Part shown: positions 42,403 to 53,945 of the stretch, in pieces
How positions within the stretch are numbered: the first letter of the stretch is position 1
Layout: the number at the start of each line of letters is the position of its first letter
DNA from: a candidate division FCPU426 bacterium
GTDB lineage: Bacteria > Oederibacteriota > Muellerivitia > Muellerivitales > Muellerivitaceae
Length of the DNA: 64,000 bases
Assembly (NCBI GenBank): GCA_963796105.1
Contig: CAWCKJ010000008.1
Location: 96,001-160,000 of the forward strand
Direction of reading: 5' to 3'
Translations under genes and position numbers: made by a program
Notes under the pieces: generated by a model
What the model was told of the DNA's origin: nothing
Seen by the model: only the letters and a program-made list of their open reading frames with translations
Database searches by the model: none

Positions 42403-42767
42403 TAATGCCTCAAACTATGTTAACTGTTGCTGACAATAGCGGCGCCACAAAGATAATGTGTATCCATGTTTTAGGCGGAACAAAAAGACGATATGCGTCC
42501 ATTGGTGACATTATTGTTGCTGCCGTAAAGGAAGCGATTCCGGGCGCCGGAGTAAAAAAGAGCGAAGTGGTAAAGGCTGTTGTAGTTCGGCAGAAACGTG
42601 TTTATACCCGTCCCGATGGCTCAAATATACGTTTTGATGAAAATGCCGCAGTTATTATTAATGATCAAATGAATCCGCGAGGGACGAGAATTTTTGGTCC
42701 AGTAACTAGAGAATTGAGGGAAAAAAATTTCATGAAAATAATATCTTTAGCTCCGGAGGTTTTATAG
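42399..42767 (+). CDS. rplN: 50S ribosomal protein L14
   Basis: ATG after [31 protein letters not shown]. Confidence 0.98.
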   Translation: MIMPQTMLTVADNSGATKIMCIHVLGGTKRRYASIGDIIVAAVKEAIPGAGVKKSEVVKAVVVRQKRVYTRPDGSNIRFDENAAVIINDQMNPRGTRIFGPVTRELREKNFMKIISLAPEVL

Positions 42768-42770
42768 GCC

Positions 42771-43091
42771 ATGCATGTACACCGTGATGACACAGTGTTG
42801 GTATTAACCGGAAAAGACAGAGGGAAAAAAGGCCGGATTATCCGTTTATTCCCGTTAAAAAATAAGGCTTTGATTGAAAAAATCAATATGGTTAAAAGAC
42901 ACACGAGGCCCAATCAACAAATGCCCCAGGGTGGAATTGTTGAAAAAGAATCACCCATACACATATCAAATTTAAAAGTCATATGTTCTAAGTGCGGAAA
43001 ACCAACACGTGTTGGATATAAAAAATTAAATGAAAATAAATCAACCAGAATATGTAAAAAATGCGGGGAAATTCTGGATAGGGAAAAGTAA
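42771..43091 (+). CDS. rplX: 50S ribosomal protein L24
   Basis: D.V.V..GKD.GK.G, GGI.EKE.PIHISN. Confidence 0.97.
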   Translation: MHVHRDDTVLVLTGKDRGKKGRIIRLFPLKNKALIEKINMVKRHTRPNQQMPQGGIVEKESPIHISNLKVICSKCGKPTRVGYKKLNENKSTRICKKCGEILDREK

Positions 43092-43092
43092 G

Positions 43093-43644
43093 ATGAAAAA
43101 GACAATTATTAAAGAAAAATACGAAAAAGAAATAATACCAGCTTTGATGAAAAGATTTGATATTAAAAATATTATGAAAGTTCCTAAAGTAGAAAAAATA
43201 GTTATTAATATTTGTGTTGGCAAAGCTGCCTCGGAAAACAACATTAAACTGCTCGATATTGCGGTTGATGAATTAAAACTCATTAGCGGGCAAAAACCAG
43301 CAATTACTCGCTCGAAAAAGGCAATTTCCAATTTCAAACTTCGTGCTAATCAACCTTTGGGAGCAAAAGTAACATTAAGAGGGGAGCGAATGTATCAGTT
43401 TATGGAACGCTTATTTATGGTGGCGTTGCCAAGAATCCGGGATTTTAGAGGGGTTCCGACAAGGTCTTTTGATGGCAGAGGTAATTACACGCTTGGTTTG
43501 AAAGAACAGATAATATTTTTAGAAATTAATTTTGACAACGTTCAATCCATTCATGGCATGGATATTACTTTTACGACATCTACCCAAGATGACATGCAGG
43601 CAAAAGAACTATTAACCTTGCTGGGCATGCCTTTTAGAAATTAG
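43093..43644 (+). CDS. rplE: 50S ribosomal protein L5
   Basis: [31 protein letters not shown]. Confidence 0.98.
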   Translation: MKKTIIKEKYEKEIIPALMKRFDIKNIMKVPKVEKIVINICVGKAASENNIKLLDIAVDELKLISGQKPAITRSKKAISNFKLRANQPLGAKVTLRGERMYQFMERLFMVALPRIRDFRGVPTRSFDGRGNYTLGLKEQIIFLEINFDNVQSIHGMDITFTTSTQDDMQAKELLTLLGMPFRN

Positions 43645-43652
43645 GAGATTTC

Positions 43653-43838
43653 ATGGCAAAGAAATGTTTGATAAATAAGCAAAAGTTGACGCCTAAGTTT
43701 AAGGTTAGGGCGTATCATCGTTGTAAACTTTGTGGACGTCCTCGGGGTTACTTGAGACGTTTTGGAATGTGTAGAATTTGTTTTAGGAACCTTGCGGGTG
43801 AAGGGAAAATACCTGGCGTGATTAAAGCTAGCTGGTAA
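43653..43838 (+). CDS. rpsN: 30S ribosomal protein S14 (Zn-binding type Z)
   Basis: [10 protein letters not shown]...[16 protein letters not shown]. Confidence 0.97.
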   Translation: MAKKCLINKQKLTPKFKVRAYHRCKLCGRPRGYLRRFGMCRICFRNLAGEGKIPGVIKASW

Positions 43839-43854
43839 GAGGAGTAATTATATT

Positions 43855-44256
43855 ATGTCAATGACTGATCCGATTGCTGATATGTTGACCAGAATTCGTA
43901 ATGCTAATCACACATATAAGGAAAAAGTGGATGTGCCTTTTTCTAAATTGAAACTCGAAATTTCCAGAATACTTTCTGAAGAGGGGTTTATAAAGAATTA
44001 CAAAGTTGTAGAAGAGAAAGGAAAACCCTCTTTAATTCGAATTGTTATGAAATATGGAGATAATAGAGAAAGGGTCATTTCAACTATTAGCCGCATTAGC
44101 CGTTCAGGTAAGCGTTATTACGCCCAAAGAATGAACGTCCCAAAAGTAATTGGGGGCATGGGCATCGCCATTCTTTCAACATCAAAGGGAATTCTAACTG
44201 ATCAACAAGCTCGTCAACAGGGTGTTGGCGGCGAAGTACTCTGCTTGGTTCATTAA
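43855..44256 (+). CDS. rpsH: 30S ribosomal protein S8
   Basis: [25 protein letters not shown]. Confidence 0.98.
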   Translation: MSMTDPIADMLTRIRNANHTYKEKVDVPFSKLKLEISRILSEEGFIKNYKVVEEKGKPSLIRIVMKYGDNRERVISTISRISRSGKRYYAQRMNVPKVIGGMGIAILSTSKGILTDQQARQQGVGGEVLCLVH

Positions 44257-44278
44257 GTTCTAATCAAAGGGAGATTTT

Positions 44279-44851
44279 ATGGCGCGAATCGCCAAAAAAC
44301 CAATAAATATACCACCTGGCGTGAAAATCAAAATCGAGGGGAAGAAAGTTGTTGTGGAGGGATCAAAAGGTATTTTATCACATGATTTGCTACCTGGAAT
44401 TAAAGTAGCACTTACCGATAAAAATTTACTCGTTTCACCTGAACCCATAGAAAATGCCGATATGAAATTATTAAATGCTCGTCAAGGCTTAACTCACGCT
44501 TTAATTAAAAATATGGTTTTAGGCGTATCGTTTGGATTTGAAAAAAAACTGGAAATTCAAGGTGTGGGTTATCGTGCCTCATTAGATAAGGGTAAATTAA
44601 GCATGACTTTAGGATTCAGCCATCCAGTTCTTTTAGATTTACCCAAAGGCGTATCAGTGGAAATTGAAAAACAAACCCTATTAACGGTGAAAGGAATTGA
44701 CAAATATCAAGTGGGAGAAATGGCAGCGAAAATACGCCAATCAAAACCACCGGAAGTTTACAAAGGGACGGGTATTCGTTATCTGGGTGAATATGTAAGA
44801 AAGAAAGTTGGGAAAACAGGAGCCACCGGTAAAACGGATGGGGCGAAATAA
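44279..44851 (+). CDS. rplF: 50S ribosomal protein L6
   Basis: GVGYRA, LGFSHP, PPEVYKG.GIRY. Confidence 0.97.
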   Translation: MARIAKKPINIPPGVKIKIEGKKVVVEGSKGILSHDLLPGIKVALTDKNLLVSPEPIENADMKLLNARQGLTHALIKNMVLGVSFGFEKKLEIQGVGYRASLDKGKLSMTLGFSHPVLLDLPKGVSVEIEKQTLLTVKGIDKYQVGEMAAKIRQSKPPEVYKGTGIRYLGEYVRKKVGKTGATGKTDGAK

Positions 44852-44867
44852 AAACAAGGGGCTAAAG

Positions 44868-45233
44868 ATGTCATCGAAAATACAAAAAGAATCTAGGATC
44901 CACCGGCATTTACGAATCCGAAAAAAAGTATTTGGATCTCTTGAAAGACCGCGTTTGGTAGTCCATCGCGGCGCTAAAAACATCACTGCTCAAATTATTG
45001 ATGATTTGAGAGGTGTTACGTTGGTTTCTTCGGCGAGTTTTGATAAAAATCTCCGAAAAAACATTAAAAGCGGCGGAAACATTGAGGCTGCAAAGAAGGT
45101 TGGTGAACAAATAGCCATTTTGGCAAAAGAGAAATCTGTTACTAGAGTGGTTTTTGACAGAGGTGGATATCTTTTCCATGGGCGTATTAAGGCATTGGCG
45201 GATGCAGCCCGTGCCAATGGTCTTCAATTCTAA
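44868..45233 (+). CDS. rplR: 50S ribosomal protein L18
   Basis: RPRL.V.R, AQIIDD, FDRGGY.FHGR.KALA..AR..GL.F. Confidence 0.97.
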   Translation: MSSKIQKESRIHRHLRIRKKVFGSLERPRLVVHRGAKNITAQIIDDLRGVTLVSSASFDKNLRKNIKSGGNIEAAKKVGEQIAILAKEKSVTRVVFDRGGYLFHGRIKALADAARANGLQF

Positions 45234-45247
45234 AGTTAAGGAAACTT

Positions 45248-45760
45248 ATGGCACGGATAGATGTTTCAAAGCTTGATTTGAAGGAAAAGGTAATTCACAT
45301 TAACCGGGTTGCTAAAGTGGTAAAAGGCGGAAGAAGGTTTAGCTTTTCAGTTCTAGTGGTTGTGGGGGACGGCCATGGTTTTGTTGGAATTGGAATGGGA
45401 AAAGCCAGTGAGGTACCGGATGCTATTCGGAAAGCAGTTGAAGATGCCAAGAAAAACTTAATTAAGGTTCCTTTGAAAGGTTTTACTTTATACCATGAAA
45501 TTATAGGTGTTTTTAAAGCTTCACGAGTCCTATTAAAGCCAGCGGCGCCTGGAACAGGTATCATCGCTGGAGGTGGAGTCAGAGCAGTATGTGAATTAGC
45601 CGGTATCCACGATGTATTAACTAAATCGATCCGGTCTGATAATGTTTTTAACGTTGTTCAGGCTGCATTAAATGGTCTTAAGAACATGCAATCGCCGGAT
45701 AAGGTGTTGTTGTTAAGAGGGAAGCTAATTGAGGGTATGGTAGGGGTGGGTAAATCATGA
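45248..45760 (+). CDS. rpsE: 30S ribosomal protein S5
   Basis: [24 protein letters not shown]. Confidence 0.98.
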   Translation: MARIDVSKLDLKEKVIHINRVAKVVKGGRRFSFSVLVVVGDGHGFVGIGMGKASEVPDAIRKAVEDAKKNLIKVPLKGFTLYHEIIGVFKASRVLLKPAAPGTGIIAGGGVRAVCELAGIHDVLTKSIRSDNVFNVVQAALNGLKNMQSPDKVLLLRGKLIEGMVGVGKS

Positions 45761-45933
45761 CAGATATTAAAATCCAATTAATTAAAAGTCTAAATGGACG
45801 TTTGCCAAAACATGTCCGCATCGCAAAAGCGTTAGGACTACAAAACGTTCGGCAAATCATAATTAGGCCGGATACTCCGGTAATTCGAGGAATGATAAAT
45901 AAAATTGGCTACTTGTTAGAAATAAAAAAATGA
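45757..45933 (+). CDS. rpmD: 50S ribosomal protein L30 (not in ORF track; 58 aa)
   Basis: Hand-translated [28 protein letters not shown]...[16 protein letters not shown] between rpsE and rplO. Confidence 0.93.
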   Translation: MTDIKIQLIKSLNGRLPKHVRIAKALGLQNVRQIIIRPDTPVIRGMINKIGYLLEIKK

Positions 45934-45946
45934 AAAGGTAATTAAA

Positions 45947-46384
45947 ATGAAAATCGTTGATCTTAAGCCTGCGCACGGAGCTACAAAAAGGCGGAAAATT
46001 GTTGGAAAAGGTCCTGGCTCTGGACACGGGAAGACATCAACCAGGGGAAACAAGGGCCAAAATTCTCGAACGGGCGGTGGTGTCCGTGCCGGATTTGAAG
46101 GGGGACAAACTCCCGTTTATCGACGGTTGCCAATTCGGGGTTTCAAGTCTCTAAGTATTTCTCGGTTCTCGATTGTCAATTTGGATCAGTTATCGATTTT
46201 TGAAAATGGATACACAGTTACCCCTGAGGTTTTGAAAGAAAGAGGCCTTATTCATGATCTCAAAAAGGTAAAGGTATTAGGCGATGGAGAATTAAAAAAC
46301 AAACTTACTATAAAAGCACATGCTTTTAGTACCTCTGCGATGGAAAAAATCAAAAAAGCCGGTGGAACAATGGAGGTATTGTAA
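45947..46384 (+). CDS. rplO: 50S ribosomal protein L15
   Basis: GSG.GKT..RG.KGQ.SR, GFEGGQTP..RRLP. Confidence 0.97.
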   Translation: MKIVDLKPAHGATKRRKIVGKGPGSGHGKTSTRGNKGQNSRTGGGVRAGFEGGQTPVYRRLPIRGFKSLSISRFSIVNLDQLSIFENGYTVTPEVLKERGLIHDLKKVKVLGDGELKNKLTIKAHAFSTSAMEKIKKAGGTMEVL

Positions 46385-47725
46385 GTGTTTTCAGCTTTTA
46401 CCAATATTTTTAGAGTTCCAGAATTAAAGTCACGCGTTTTATTCACTTTTGGTATTTTATTGGTTTACCGCATTGGAATTCATATACCTATTCCCGGTGT
46501 GAATGTCGGTGTTTTAGAGAATTTTTTTAAAAGCCAGGGAAATGGAATTCTGGGATTTTTAAATCTTTTTTCGGGAGGAGCTTTAAAACAATCTTCTATT
46601 TTTGCACTTGGTGTCATGCCCTATATAAGTATGTCGATTATTCTTCAACTATTAACAGCTGTTATTCCCACTCTTGAAAAACTTTCTAAGGAAGGGGAAA
46701 CCGGGCGAAGAAAAATAACGCAATACACAAGAATAGGAACAGTGGCTCTTTGTATCGTTCAGGGGACAGGAACCACTTATTTATTGCGTAGCTTAGGAGA
46801 AAGTTTTGTGTATCACTGGGGTTTTGGTTTTCAAGTAATGACTGTTTTGGCATTAACGACTGGTACCATATTCATCATGTGGCTAGGAGAGCAGATTACA
46901 GAATTTGGGATTGGAAATGGAATTTCATTAATAATATTCGCGGGTATTGTAGCGGGGTTGCCCGGCGAATTGGCCGCCACATTTAGGCTTTTTAAAATTG
47001 GACAGGTGAGTCTTTTTTCATTCTTGTTTTTTGCTCTTTTTACTATAGCAACAATTGCTTTTATCGTTATCCTCCAACAAGGCGCCCGGAAAATCCCGGT
47101 TCAATATGCAACTCGGGTTGTAGGAAGACAGGTATTTAAAGGACAATCGACTCAATTACCTTTAAAAGTGGATTATTCTGGAGTTATTGCCGTTATTTTC
47201 GCTTCCTCCATTTTAGTTTTCCCCGCCCAGGCAGCTAAATATATACAAACTCTCCCGATTGTTTCTTCTGAAGTCAATGGATGGGTCTATAACTTCGCGG
47301 ATTTAATCATTCGAAATTTATCACCGGGAGCGTTTTTTTATTATGTTTTATATTCCGGGTTAATTGTCTTTTTTTGTTATTTTTATACCGCAATTGCTTT
47401 TAATCCTACTGATTTGTCCGAAAATATGAAGAAGTACGGTGGTTTTATTCCTGGTATTCGTCCTGGCCAACCGACCGCTGAATTTATTGATAGAACGTTA
47501 ACAAGAATTACGATTTGGGGTGCTCTTGCGGTTTGCGTTGTCGCGGTGGCACCTGATGTATTAACACGGAAATTAAATATCCCAATATATTTTGGGGGTA
47601 CTTCTCTTTTAATTATTGTTGGGGTCGCTTTGGATACCATGAAACAGATTGAGTCGCATTTGTTAATGAGACACTACGATGGTTTTATGAAAAAAGGCCG
47701 TTTAAAAGGACGGAGCGCCTTTTAA
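46385..47725 (+). CDS. secY: Preprotein translocase SecY
   Basis: SIFALG.MPYI, WLGEQIT..GIGNG.S, FIPGIRPG, FGGTSLLI.VGV. Confidence 0.98.
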   Translation: MFSAFTNIFRVPELKSRVLFTFGILLVYRIGIHIPIPGVNVGVLENFFKSQGNGILGFLNLFSGGALKQSSIFALGVMPYISMSIILQLLTAVIPTLEKLSKEGETGRRKITQYTRIGTVALCIVQGTGTTYLLRSLGESFVYHWGFGFQVMTVLALTTGTIFIMWLGEQITEFGIGNGISLIIFAGIVAGLPGELAATFRLFKIGQVSLFSFLFFALFTIATIAFIVILQQGARKIPVQYATRVVGRQVFKGQSTQLPLKVDYSGVIAVIFASSILVFPAQAAKYIQTLPIVSSEVNGWVYNFADLIIRNLSPGAFFYYVLYSGLIVFFCYFYTAIAFNPTDLSENMKKYGGFIPGIRPGQPTAEFIDRTLTRITIWGALAVCVVAVAPDVLTRKLNIPIYFGGTSLLIIVGVALDTMKQIESHLLMRHYDGFMKKGRLKGRSAF

Positions 47726-48381
47726 TGAGAGTTATTTTATTGGGGGAGCCTGGAGCAGGAAAGGGAACTTATTCATTAGAGATAGTGCGAAAATATAATA
47801 TTCCCCAAATCTCAACTGGCGATATGTTACGAAATGCGATTAAACACGGAACGAATCTGGGCCTTCATGCACAAGAATTTATGAAAAAGGGTGAATTGGT
47901 TCCAGATTCACTTGTGATTGGATTAATTCATGATCGGATTAAACAATCTGATGCGGTCGATGGATTCATATTAGATGGGTTTCCAAGAAACGTGTCTCAA
48001 GCAGTAAAACTTGAAGAAATTTTATCAAGTGAAAAAATACAGTTAAATATTGTTTTGAAAATAGAAGTGGATAAACAAATTATAGTCAGAAGATTAACGT
48101 CGAGAAGAGTTTGCCCCAATTGTAATTCGACTTTTAATATTGAAACAATGAAACCTAAGACGGAAGGTATTTGCGATAAATGCGGTGAAAAGTTGATACA
48201 AAGATCAGACGATCGAGTAGAAACAATTGAAAATCGCCTGGCCGTTTATCAAAAAGATACTGCTCCATTAATTAATTTTTATGAAGAAAAGAAATTGTTA
48301 AAAAAAGTTTTATGTAATGGGGATCTAAAAAATTCGTTAGAGAAAATTTTCAATGTGCTGATGAAAGCGGTCATTGATTAG
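47725..48381 (+). CDS. adk: Adenylate kinase (Zn-lid)
   Basis: G.PGAGKGT, STGDMLR, LDGFPR, CPNC...CDKC lid. Confidence 0.97.
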   Translation: MRVILLGEPGAGKGTYSLEIVRKYNIPQISTGDMLRNAIKHGTNLGLHAQEFMKKGELVPDSLVIGLIHDRIKQSDAVDGFILDGFPRNVSQAVKLEEILSSEKIQLNIVLKIEVDKQIIVRRLTSRRVCPNCNSTFNIETMKPKTEGICDKCGEKLIQRSDDRVETIENRLAVYQKDTAPLINFYEEKKLLKKVLCNGDLKNSLEKIFNVLMKAVID

Positions 48382-49127
48382 TGATTACTATTAAGTCTGA
48401 GTATGAATTGAAGCTAATGCGAATTAGCGGCCGGGTCGTTTGCGAAGCTCTACAAGAACTTCACAAATTAATAAAACCTGGGTTATCAACTGTGGAGTTG
48501 GATAAATTCGCATATGATTTCATCACTCGGAATAAATGCAAACCAGCTTTTTTAGGGTATCACGGATATCCTGCTACTATATGTACTTCTATTAACGAAC
48601 AAGTTGTTCATGGAATACCTGGAATCCGGATTTTAAAAGAGGGGGATATAGTCGGAATCGATATTGGAGCTTTTTATAAAGGCTATTGCGGTGATTCGGC
48701 CCGGACATTTGCTGTCGGCGAAGTTGCTCCGGAAGTGAAAATGTTACTTGATATTACATATTCAGCTTTGAATGTTGGAATTAGTAAATGCCGTGAAGGG
48801 AACAGAATTTCTGATATAGGATTTGCAATCCAGAATTTTGTTGAAATGAATGGTTATTCAATCGTTAGGGATTATGTAGGTCATGGAATAGGGCAGGAAA
48901 TGCATGAAGAACCTCAAGTCCCTAATTATGGAGTACCAAACCAGGGCCCTCCAATCGTTTCGGGTATGTGTTTAGCGCTGGAACCGATGGTAAATATGGG
49001 TTCTGAAGAGGTAAAGATTTTGGATGACGGCTGGACAGTAGTGACTAAAGATGGTAAATTTTCCGCCCACTTTGAAGATACTATTTCAGTTGGATTGAAA
49101 GGTATAGAGAACTTGACGCGGGTTTAA
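48381..49127 (+). CDS. map: Methionine aminopeptidase type I
   Basis: [31 protein letters not shown]. Confidence 0.97.
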   Translation: MITIKSEYELKLMRISGRVVCEALQELHKLIKPGLSTVELDKFAYDFITRNKCKPAFLGYHGYPATICTSINEQVVHGIPGIRILKEGDIVGIDIGAFYKGYCGDSARTFAVGEVAPEVKMLLDITYSALNVGISKCREGNRISDIGFAIQNFVEMNGYSIVRDYVGHGIGQEMHEEPQVPNYGVPNQGPPIVSGMCLALEPMVNMGSEEVKILDDGWTVVTKDGKFSAHFEDTISVGLKGIENLTRV

Positions 49128-49150
49128 CCCCCAAAAGGGGATGGAGAGGT

Positions 49151-49369
49151 ATGGCCAAAGAAGAAGCGATTTCAATAGAAGGAACCGTAATTGAGGCTCT
49201 TCCAAATGCGAGTTTTAGGGTTGAATTAGAAAATAAGCACGTTGTATTAGCCCACGTGTCAGGGAAGATGAGGATGAATTTTATTCGCATACTTCCTGGT
49301 GATCGAGTTACAGTTGAATTATCACCCTATGATTTGACTCGAGGGCGAATAACTTACCGATTTAAATGA
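49151..49369 (+). CDS. infA: Translation initiation factor IF-1
   Basis: LPNA.F.V.LEN, SGKMR...IRILPGD.V.VE.SPYDL. Confidence 0.98.
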   Translation: MAKEEAISIEGTVIEALPNASFRVELENKHVVLAHVSGKMRMNFIRILPGDRVTVELSPYDLTRGRITYRFK

Positions 49370-49400
49370 TGACGGGAATGTAAAAAGGAGATGTTCAAAA

Positions 49401-49514
49401 ATGAAAGTTAGATCATCTGTTAAACCCATCTGTGATAAATGTAAAGTCATTCGACGGAAACGTGTAATACGAGTTATTTGCACTAATCCGAAACATAAAC
49501 AAAGGCAAGGCTAA
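49401..49514 (+). CDS. rpmJ: 50S ribosomal protein L36 (not in ORF track; 37 aa)
   Basis: Hand-translated [37 protein letters not shown]. Confidence 0.97.
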   Translation: MKVRSSVKPICDKCKVIRRKRVIRVICTNPKHKQRQG

Positions 49515-49531
49515 TCAAGGAGTAAAGATAT

Positions 49532-49912
49532 ATGGCAAGAATTTCGGGCGTGGATTTACCTAAAGAAAAGCGCATGGAAACAGCTTTAACATATGTTTAT
49601 GGAATCGGGTTGGCGCTTTCCAAGGGAATTTTGATCAAGGCAAATGTTAATCCTGATATTCGTGTAAAAAATCTTAAAGATGACGAAGTCGCTAGAATTC
49701 AGAATATTATAAATACAAATAATATTAAGGTAGAGGGTGACTTGAGAAGAGAAATATCGATGAACATTAAAAGATTAATTGATATCGGGACTTACCGAGG
49801 CATGAGGCATAGAAAAGGTCTCCCAGTAAGGGGCCAGCGGACTAAAACGAATGCACGAACAAGGAAGGGACCAAAGAAAACAGTTGGAAGCGGTCGAAAA
49901 AAAGAGGAGTAA
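49532..49912 (+). CDS. rpsM: 30S ribosomal protein S13
   Basis: [35 protein letters not shown]. Confidence 0.98.
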   Translation: MARISGVDLPKEKRMETALTYVYGIGLALSKGILIKANVNPDIRVKNLKDDEVARIQNIINTNNIKVEGDLRREISMNIKRLIDIGTYRGMRHRKGLPVRGQRTKTNARTRKGPKKTVGSGRKKEE

Positions 49913-49998
49913 TAAATGGCCGCTAAGTTTTGCGGCATTTATCCTTGTTGGATAATTAATATTTATTGAATATAAAAATGTTACTAGAGGAGAAATAA

Positions 49999-50442
49999 GT
50001 GGTTGAAAAATCAGATAATTCTGAAGAGAAAGAAATAAAATCGGAAGGAAGTGAGAAGGCTATGGTCTCATTTTCTCCTAAAAAAGGAAAAAAAGCCCCA
50101 AGAAATGGTGTTGTTCATATTCAATGTACTTTTAACAATACCTTAGTGACAGTGACAGATCCAAAAGGTAATGTTATTGCTTGGTCTTCTGCAGGTTTAA
50201 TGAATTTTAAAGGAAGCCGAAAATCAACACCCTTTTCCGCTCAAGTTGCCGCTGAAGCTGCGGGAAAGAAAGCTGTTGATGCCGGGATGAAATCAGTTGA
50301 AGTTTATGTAAAAGGTCCCGGCTCGGGACGAGAAGCAGCCATTCGCGCAATCCAAACAAGTGGGTTGCAGATTTCCATGATTAAAGATGTTACCCCTGTG
50401 CCGCATAACGGATGTCGACCGCCGAAACGCAGACGGGTTTAA
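49999..50442 (+). CDS. rpsK: 30S ribosomal protein S11
   Basis: [35 protein letters not shown]. Confidence 0.98.
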   Translation: MVEKSDNSEEKEIKSEGSEKAMVSFSPKKGKKAPRNGVVHIQCTFNNTLVTVTDPKGNVIAWSSAGLMNFKGSRKSTPFSAQVAAEAAGKKAVDAGMKSVEVYVKGPGSGREAAIRAIQTSGLQISMIKDVTPVPHNGCRPPKRRRV

Positions 50443-50453
50443 AGGAGAATTTA

Positions 50454-51074
50454 ATGAGTGATCAATCCGTATGTAGGATTTGCCGGCGTGAGGGGATGAA
50501 GCTTTATTTAAAAGGGAATCGCTGTGACACTGAAAAGTGCGCTTTTGAAAGAAGAAGTTATGCGCCTGGCCAACATGGCCAGAAGCGTCGTAAAGACACG
50601 GAATACGGGACACAATTACGTGAAAAACAAAAGGTTAAAAGAATTTATGGACTTTTTGAAAAGCAATTCAAAAGATATTTTTCAATGGCTTCACGCAAAA
50701 AAGGTGTTACGGGGGAAACTCTGTTGCAATTATTAGAACAACGGTTAGACAACACCGTTTATCGATTGGGTTTTGCTGAGTCTCGTTCGCAAGCGCGTCA
50801 AATTGTTCGGCATGGAATGATTATGGTAAATGGAAAAAAGGTTGATATCCCTTCATATACCTTAAAAGCCGGGGATAAGATTTCAGTGGTTGATAAATAT
50901 AAAGAGAACTTAGTGATTAAACGTTCTTTGGAAATTCTCCAAAAAAAGAATGTTCCCGAGTGGCTTGAAGTGGATGCTAGCTCTCATTCAGGTGTTTTCA
51001 AAAAAATTCCGACAAAAGAAGAAATCGCACTTCCGGTTCAAGAACAATTAATTGTTGAGTTATATTCAAAGTAA
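50454..51074 (+). CDS. rpsD: 30S ribosomal protein S4 (Zn-binding type)
   Basis: ATG after [20 protein letters not shown]...[26 protein letters not shown]. Confidence 0.97.
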   Translation: MSDQSVCRICRREGMKLYLKGNRCDTEKCAFERRSYAPGQHGQKRRKDTEYGTQLREKQKVKRIYGLFEKQFKRYFSMASRKKGVTGETLLQLLEQRLDNTVYRLGFAESRSQARQIVRHGMIMVNGKKVDIPSYTLKAGDKISVVDKYKENLVIKRSLEILQKKNVPEWLEVDASSHSGVFKKIPTKEEIALPVQEQLIVELYSK

Positions 51075-51125
51075 TCAGTAATAAAAAATGTCTCATGTTT
51101 TGGGACAATTCTCGCAGGAGGCGTT

Positions 51126-52139
51126 ATGCAAATCGGAAACGTACAAATTCCGAAATTTTTGGATTACGAAAAAGAGAGTCTTACTCCGACTTATGGAAAG
51201 TTCATAGCGGAACCTTTTGAAAGGGGATATGGCCAATCAGTCGGTAACTCTTTGCGAAGAATCTTACTTTCGTCGATCACCGGCGCGGCGGTTACATCCG
51301 TCAAATTTCAAGGTGTTTCGCACGAGTTTTCCTCAATCCCGGGCGTAGTAGAAGATACAACTGAAATCATACTGAATTTGAAAGAATTAAAAATAAAACT
51401 ATTTAATTCAAGTTCAAAAGTTTTGCATTTAGAAATAAAAGGCGAAAGAAATGTAGTGGCTGCTGACATACAAACTGATGGCGATGTTGAGATGTTAAAT
51501 CCTCAGCTACATTTGGCGACCTTGACGGAGGAAGAGGCTTCTCTTGATATTGAAATAGAAATATCGGAAGGGCGTGGGTATGCTCCTGCAGAACGGAATA
51601 AAAGAGAGGGACAATCCATAGGCGTAATCCCGATTGATTCAATTTTTACACCAGTCATACAAGTGAAATACTCGGTGGAATCCGCTCGTATTGGCCAAAT
51701 CACTGATTATGATAAACTCATAATAGAGATTTGGACTGATGGGAGAATTCGACCTGAAGACGCTTTGGCGCATGCATCAAAAATACTTAGAGATTCTCTT
51801 CAGATTTTTATTAATTTTGAAGAAGAACCAATACAACAAGATGATTCGGTTAGCGAGGAAGAAGAGCGCCTTCGTGAGTTGTTGAATGAGAGTGTTGAAG
51901 AACTCGAGTTATCGGTGCGTTCCGCCAATTGCTTGAAAACGGCTAATATTAAAACTATTGGGGATTTGGCAAGAAAAACCGAATCAGATATGTTGAAATA
52001 TAAAAACTTCGGCAGAAAATCGCTTAATGAAATCAAGGAAATCCTAAATGGAATGGGGCTTTCTTTTGGAATGGATGTTGATTCAATTTTAGCTAAAGGA
52101 AAACCTGTTTCTTTGCCGCGTGTTGAAACAAACGTTTAA
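51126..52139 (+). CDS. rpoA: RNA polymerase alpha subunit
   Basis: EP.ERGYG...[40 protein letters not shown]. Confidence 0.98.
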   Translation: MQIGNVQIPKFLDYEKESLTPTYGKFIAEPFERGYGQSVGNSLRRILLSSITGAAVTSVKFQGVSHEFSSIPGVVEDTTEIILNLKELKIKLFNSSSKVLHLEIKGERNVVAADIQTDGDVEMLNPQLHLATLTEEEASLDIEIEISEGRGYAPAERNKREGQSIGVIPIDSIFTPVIQVKYSVESARIGQITDYDKLIIEIWTDGRIRPEDALAHASKILRDSLQIFINFEEEPIQQDDSVSEEEERLRELLNESVEELELSVRSANCLKTANIKTIGDLARKTESDMLKYKNFGRKSLNEIKEILNGMGLSFGMDVDSILAKGKPVSLPRVETNV

Positions 52140-52164
52140 ATTGAAGAGAAATTAGGAGAATAAA

Positions 52165-52650
52165 ATGAGGCATAGAGCTCATCACGGACATCTTGGTGTT
52201 CAACCCGCGCACCGTCGCTCCATTTTAAGAAATATGGTGACATCCCTCTTAAAACATGAACGTATTAAGACAACAAAAGTTAGGGCAAAAGAAGTAAGAA
52301 GATTTGCGGAAAAAATGATCACTCTTGCTAAAAAGGAAACCTTAGATTCAAAAAGAAGAGTTCTTGGTTATATCCGTGAAAGAGAAGTGGTCAATAAATT
52401 ATATAAATCCCTGGTTTATCGATATGCCCAAAGAAAAGGAGGGTATACTAGGATTCTAAAGCTGGGATTTAGAGCTGGCGATGGTGCGGATATGGTGTTT
52501 TTAGAGTTGGTGGACCGGCCAATTACAGAAGTGCCTGTGGATAATAAAACAGAGAAAAAAGGCAAAAAGGAAAGTAACGCTATACCGGAATCTTCTGATA
52601 AAGCGGTAGATAAGAAAAAGCCAAAAGAAGTTGCTGTTTCTGAAAAGTAG
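52165..52650 (+). CDS. rplQ: 50S ribosomal protein L17
   Basis: MRH, I.TT..RAKE.R..AEKMIT, R.GGYTRI.K...R.GD.A. Confidence 0.97.
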   Translation: MRHRAHHGHLGVQPAHRRSILRNMVTSLLKHERIKTTKVRAKEVRRFAEKMITLAKKETLDSKRRVLGYIREREVVNKLYKSLVYRYAQRKGGYTRILKLGFRAGDGADMVFLELVDRPITEVPVDNKTEKKGKKESNAIPESSDKAVDKKKPKEVAVSEK

Positions 52651-52733
52651 CCTCTTTCGCCAGAAAAATGTTCCAATCGATTCAATTTTCTTTTGACCGA
52701 GTTCTTTTAATTTCGTAAAATGAAAGTAATAAT

Positions 52734-53255
52734 ATGAAAAATAATCAGAAAAACCTCTTTAAAATTTTCTTCACCCTCTTTTTTTTACTGTCCACTATAC
52801 ACTTATTCGCTCAAAGTTCAGATACTGGTTTATCAGGTAGTCTTGAGACTAATCATCAAAGTTATTTTTATAAGGATCCCAATAAGGCGTTCCTACTGGC
52901 CTTTTTTCCAGGTCTTCTAATTCACGGTTATGGACATTTTTACGCCGAGGATCATTTGACGGGTGATTTATTATTGACCGGTGAAGTAATCTCTGTGCTT
53001 TCTGTTGGCATGGGAGCCCTCATCAAATCCGATACAAACACATTTTCAGGCGGGTTGTTAGGTGACCCCAATAATGCAAAAGATGTTGGCACTAATTTAA
53101 TCTGGGGCGGGGTCATAGCCTTTACTGCATTATGGATTGTGGATATGGCTCATGCGCCTACGGCAGCTAAAGACTATGATGATGAGCATGGTTTAAAGCC
53201 CATTGCTTATATAGATCAGAATAGACCGACATTAGCTTTGGCTTTACGTTTTTAA
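52734..53255 (+). CDS. Exported/membrane hypothetical protein
   Basis: Signal peptide, KDP..A.LL...PG....G.GHFY motif, C-terminal LALRF; TTGACC-17-TAAAAT promoter at 52693-52721. Confidence 0.7.
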   Translation: MKNNQKNLFKIFFTLFFLLSTIHLFAQSSDTGLSGSLETNHQSYFYKDPNKAFLLAFFPGLLIHGYGHFYAEDHLTGDLLLTGEVISVLSVGMGALIKSDTNTFSGGLLGDPNNAKDVGTNLIWGGVIAFTALWIVDMAHAPTAAKDYDDEHGLKPIAYIDQNRPTLALALRF

Positions 53256-53341
53256 TCAGGGAATAATTTAGATCGCTTCACCTCGATTCATTTCCATTCT
53301 TCGCTTAATTCCAAAAGCAACAAATTCTTTTATTGCTGAAT

Positions 53342-53717
53342 TTACGGAGTAAGTCCAACACTTCGCCGGAAGACTTCCGCCGGAGTTTTAAAGCCCAAAC
53401 ATTTTCTGGGCCTGTTATTAAGCCATCTTTCAATGGCTTTGAATTCTTTGAGGGACACTTTAGCAAGGTCGGTCTTTTTTGGCAAATATCGGCGAACCAG
53501 ACCGATAGTATTTTCCACGGTGCCTTTTTCCCAACTGTGGAAAGGAGCACAGAAAAAGGATTTGGTACCAAGCACGTGGTTGGTTTCCAGGTGGTTGGTG
53601 TTTTTGGTTCCGTTGTCATAGGTCAGACTCAGACGGGCTTCTTGAGGAAAGCGGCATAAAGTGCGGTTGAGGCTGTGGCTCATTTGGAGTGCAGTCTTTC
53701 GCTTGAACTTTCCCAAC
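53342..53717 (-). pseudogene. IS30 transposase, C-terminal fragment
   Basis: SLTYDNG, PFHSWEKGTVEN.IGL.R.YLPK, LNNRPRKCLGFKTP. Confidence 0.9.
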
Positions 53718-53945
53718 TGCGTATGGCGGTGAAAGAGGCCAGTCAAGACGGAACGAATCCGGCCACCTGTAACGGATGAAAGCGGCCACCTGCGGAGCGA
53801 AGCGACGAGGGTTATCCTCTTGATGTTGGAAGAAACATTTGATCCTTCCGTGTTGAAACTCAAATAGTTCAGGGGATGATAGTCCAATTTAACCTCGTTT
53901 GAAAAGGTTTGATTAAATCCTCCCTTCGTATAATCCTTTTTCCCA

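Noticed and set aside
53718..53887. N-terminal part of the 181-aa ORF 53342-53887
   Set aside because: Read-through from the IS21 end into the IS30 fragment; chimeric, not a real gene start
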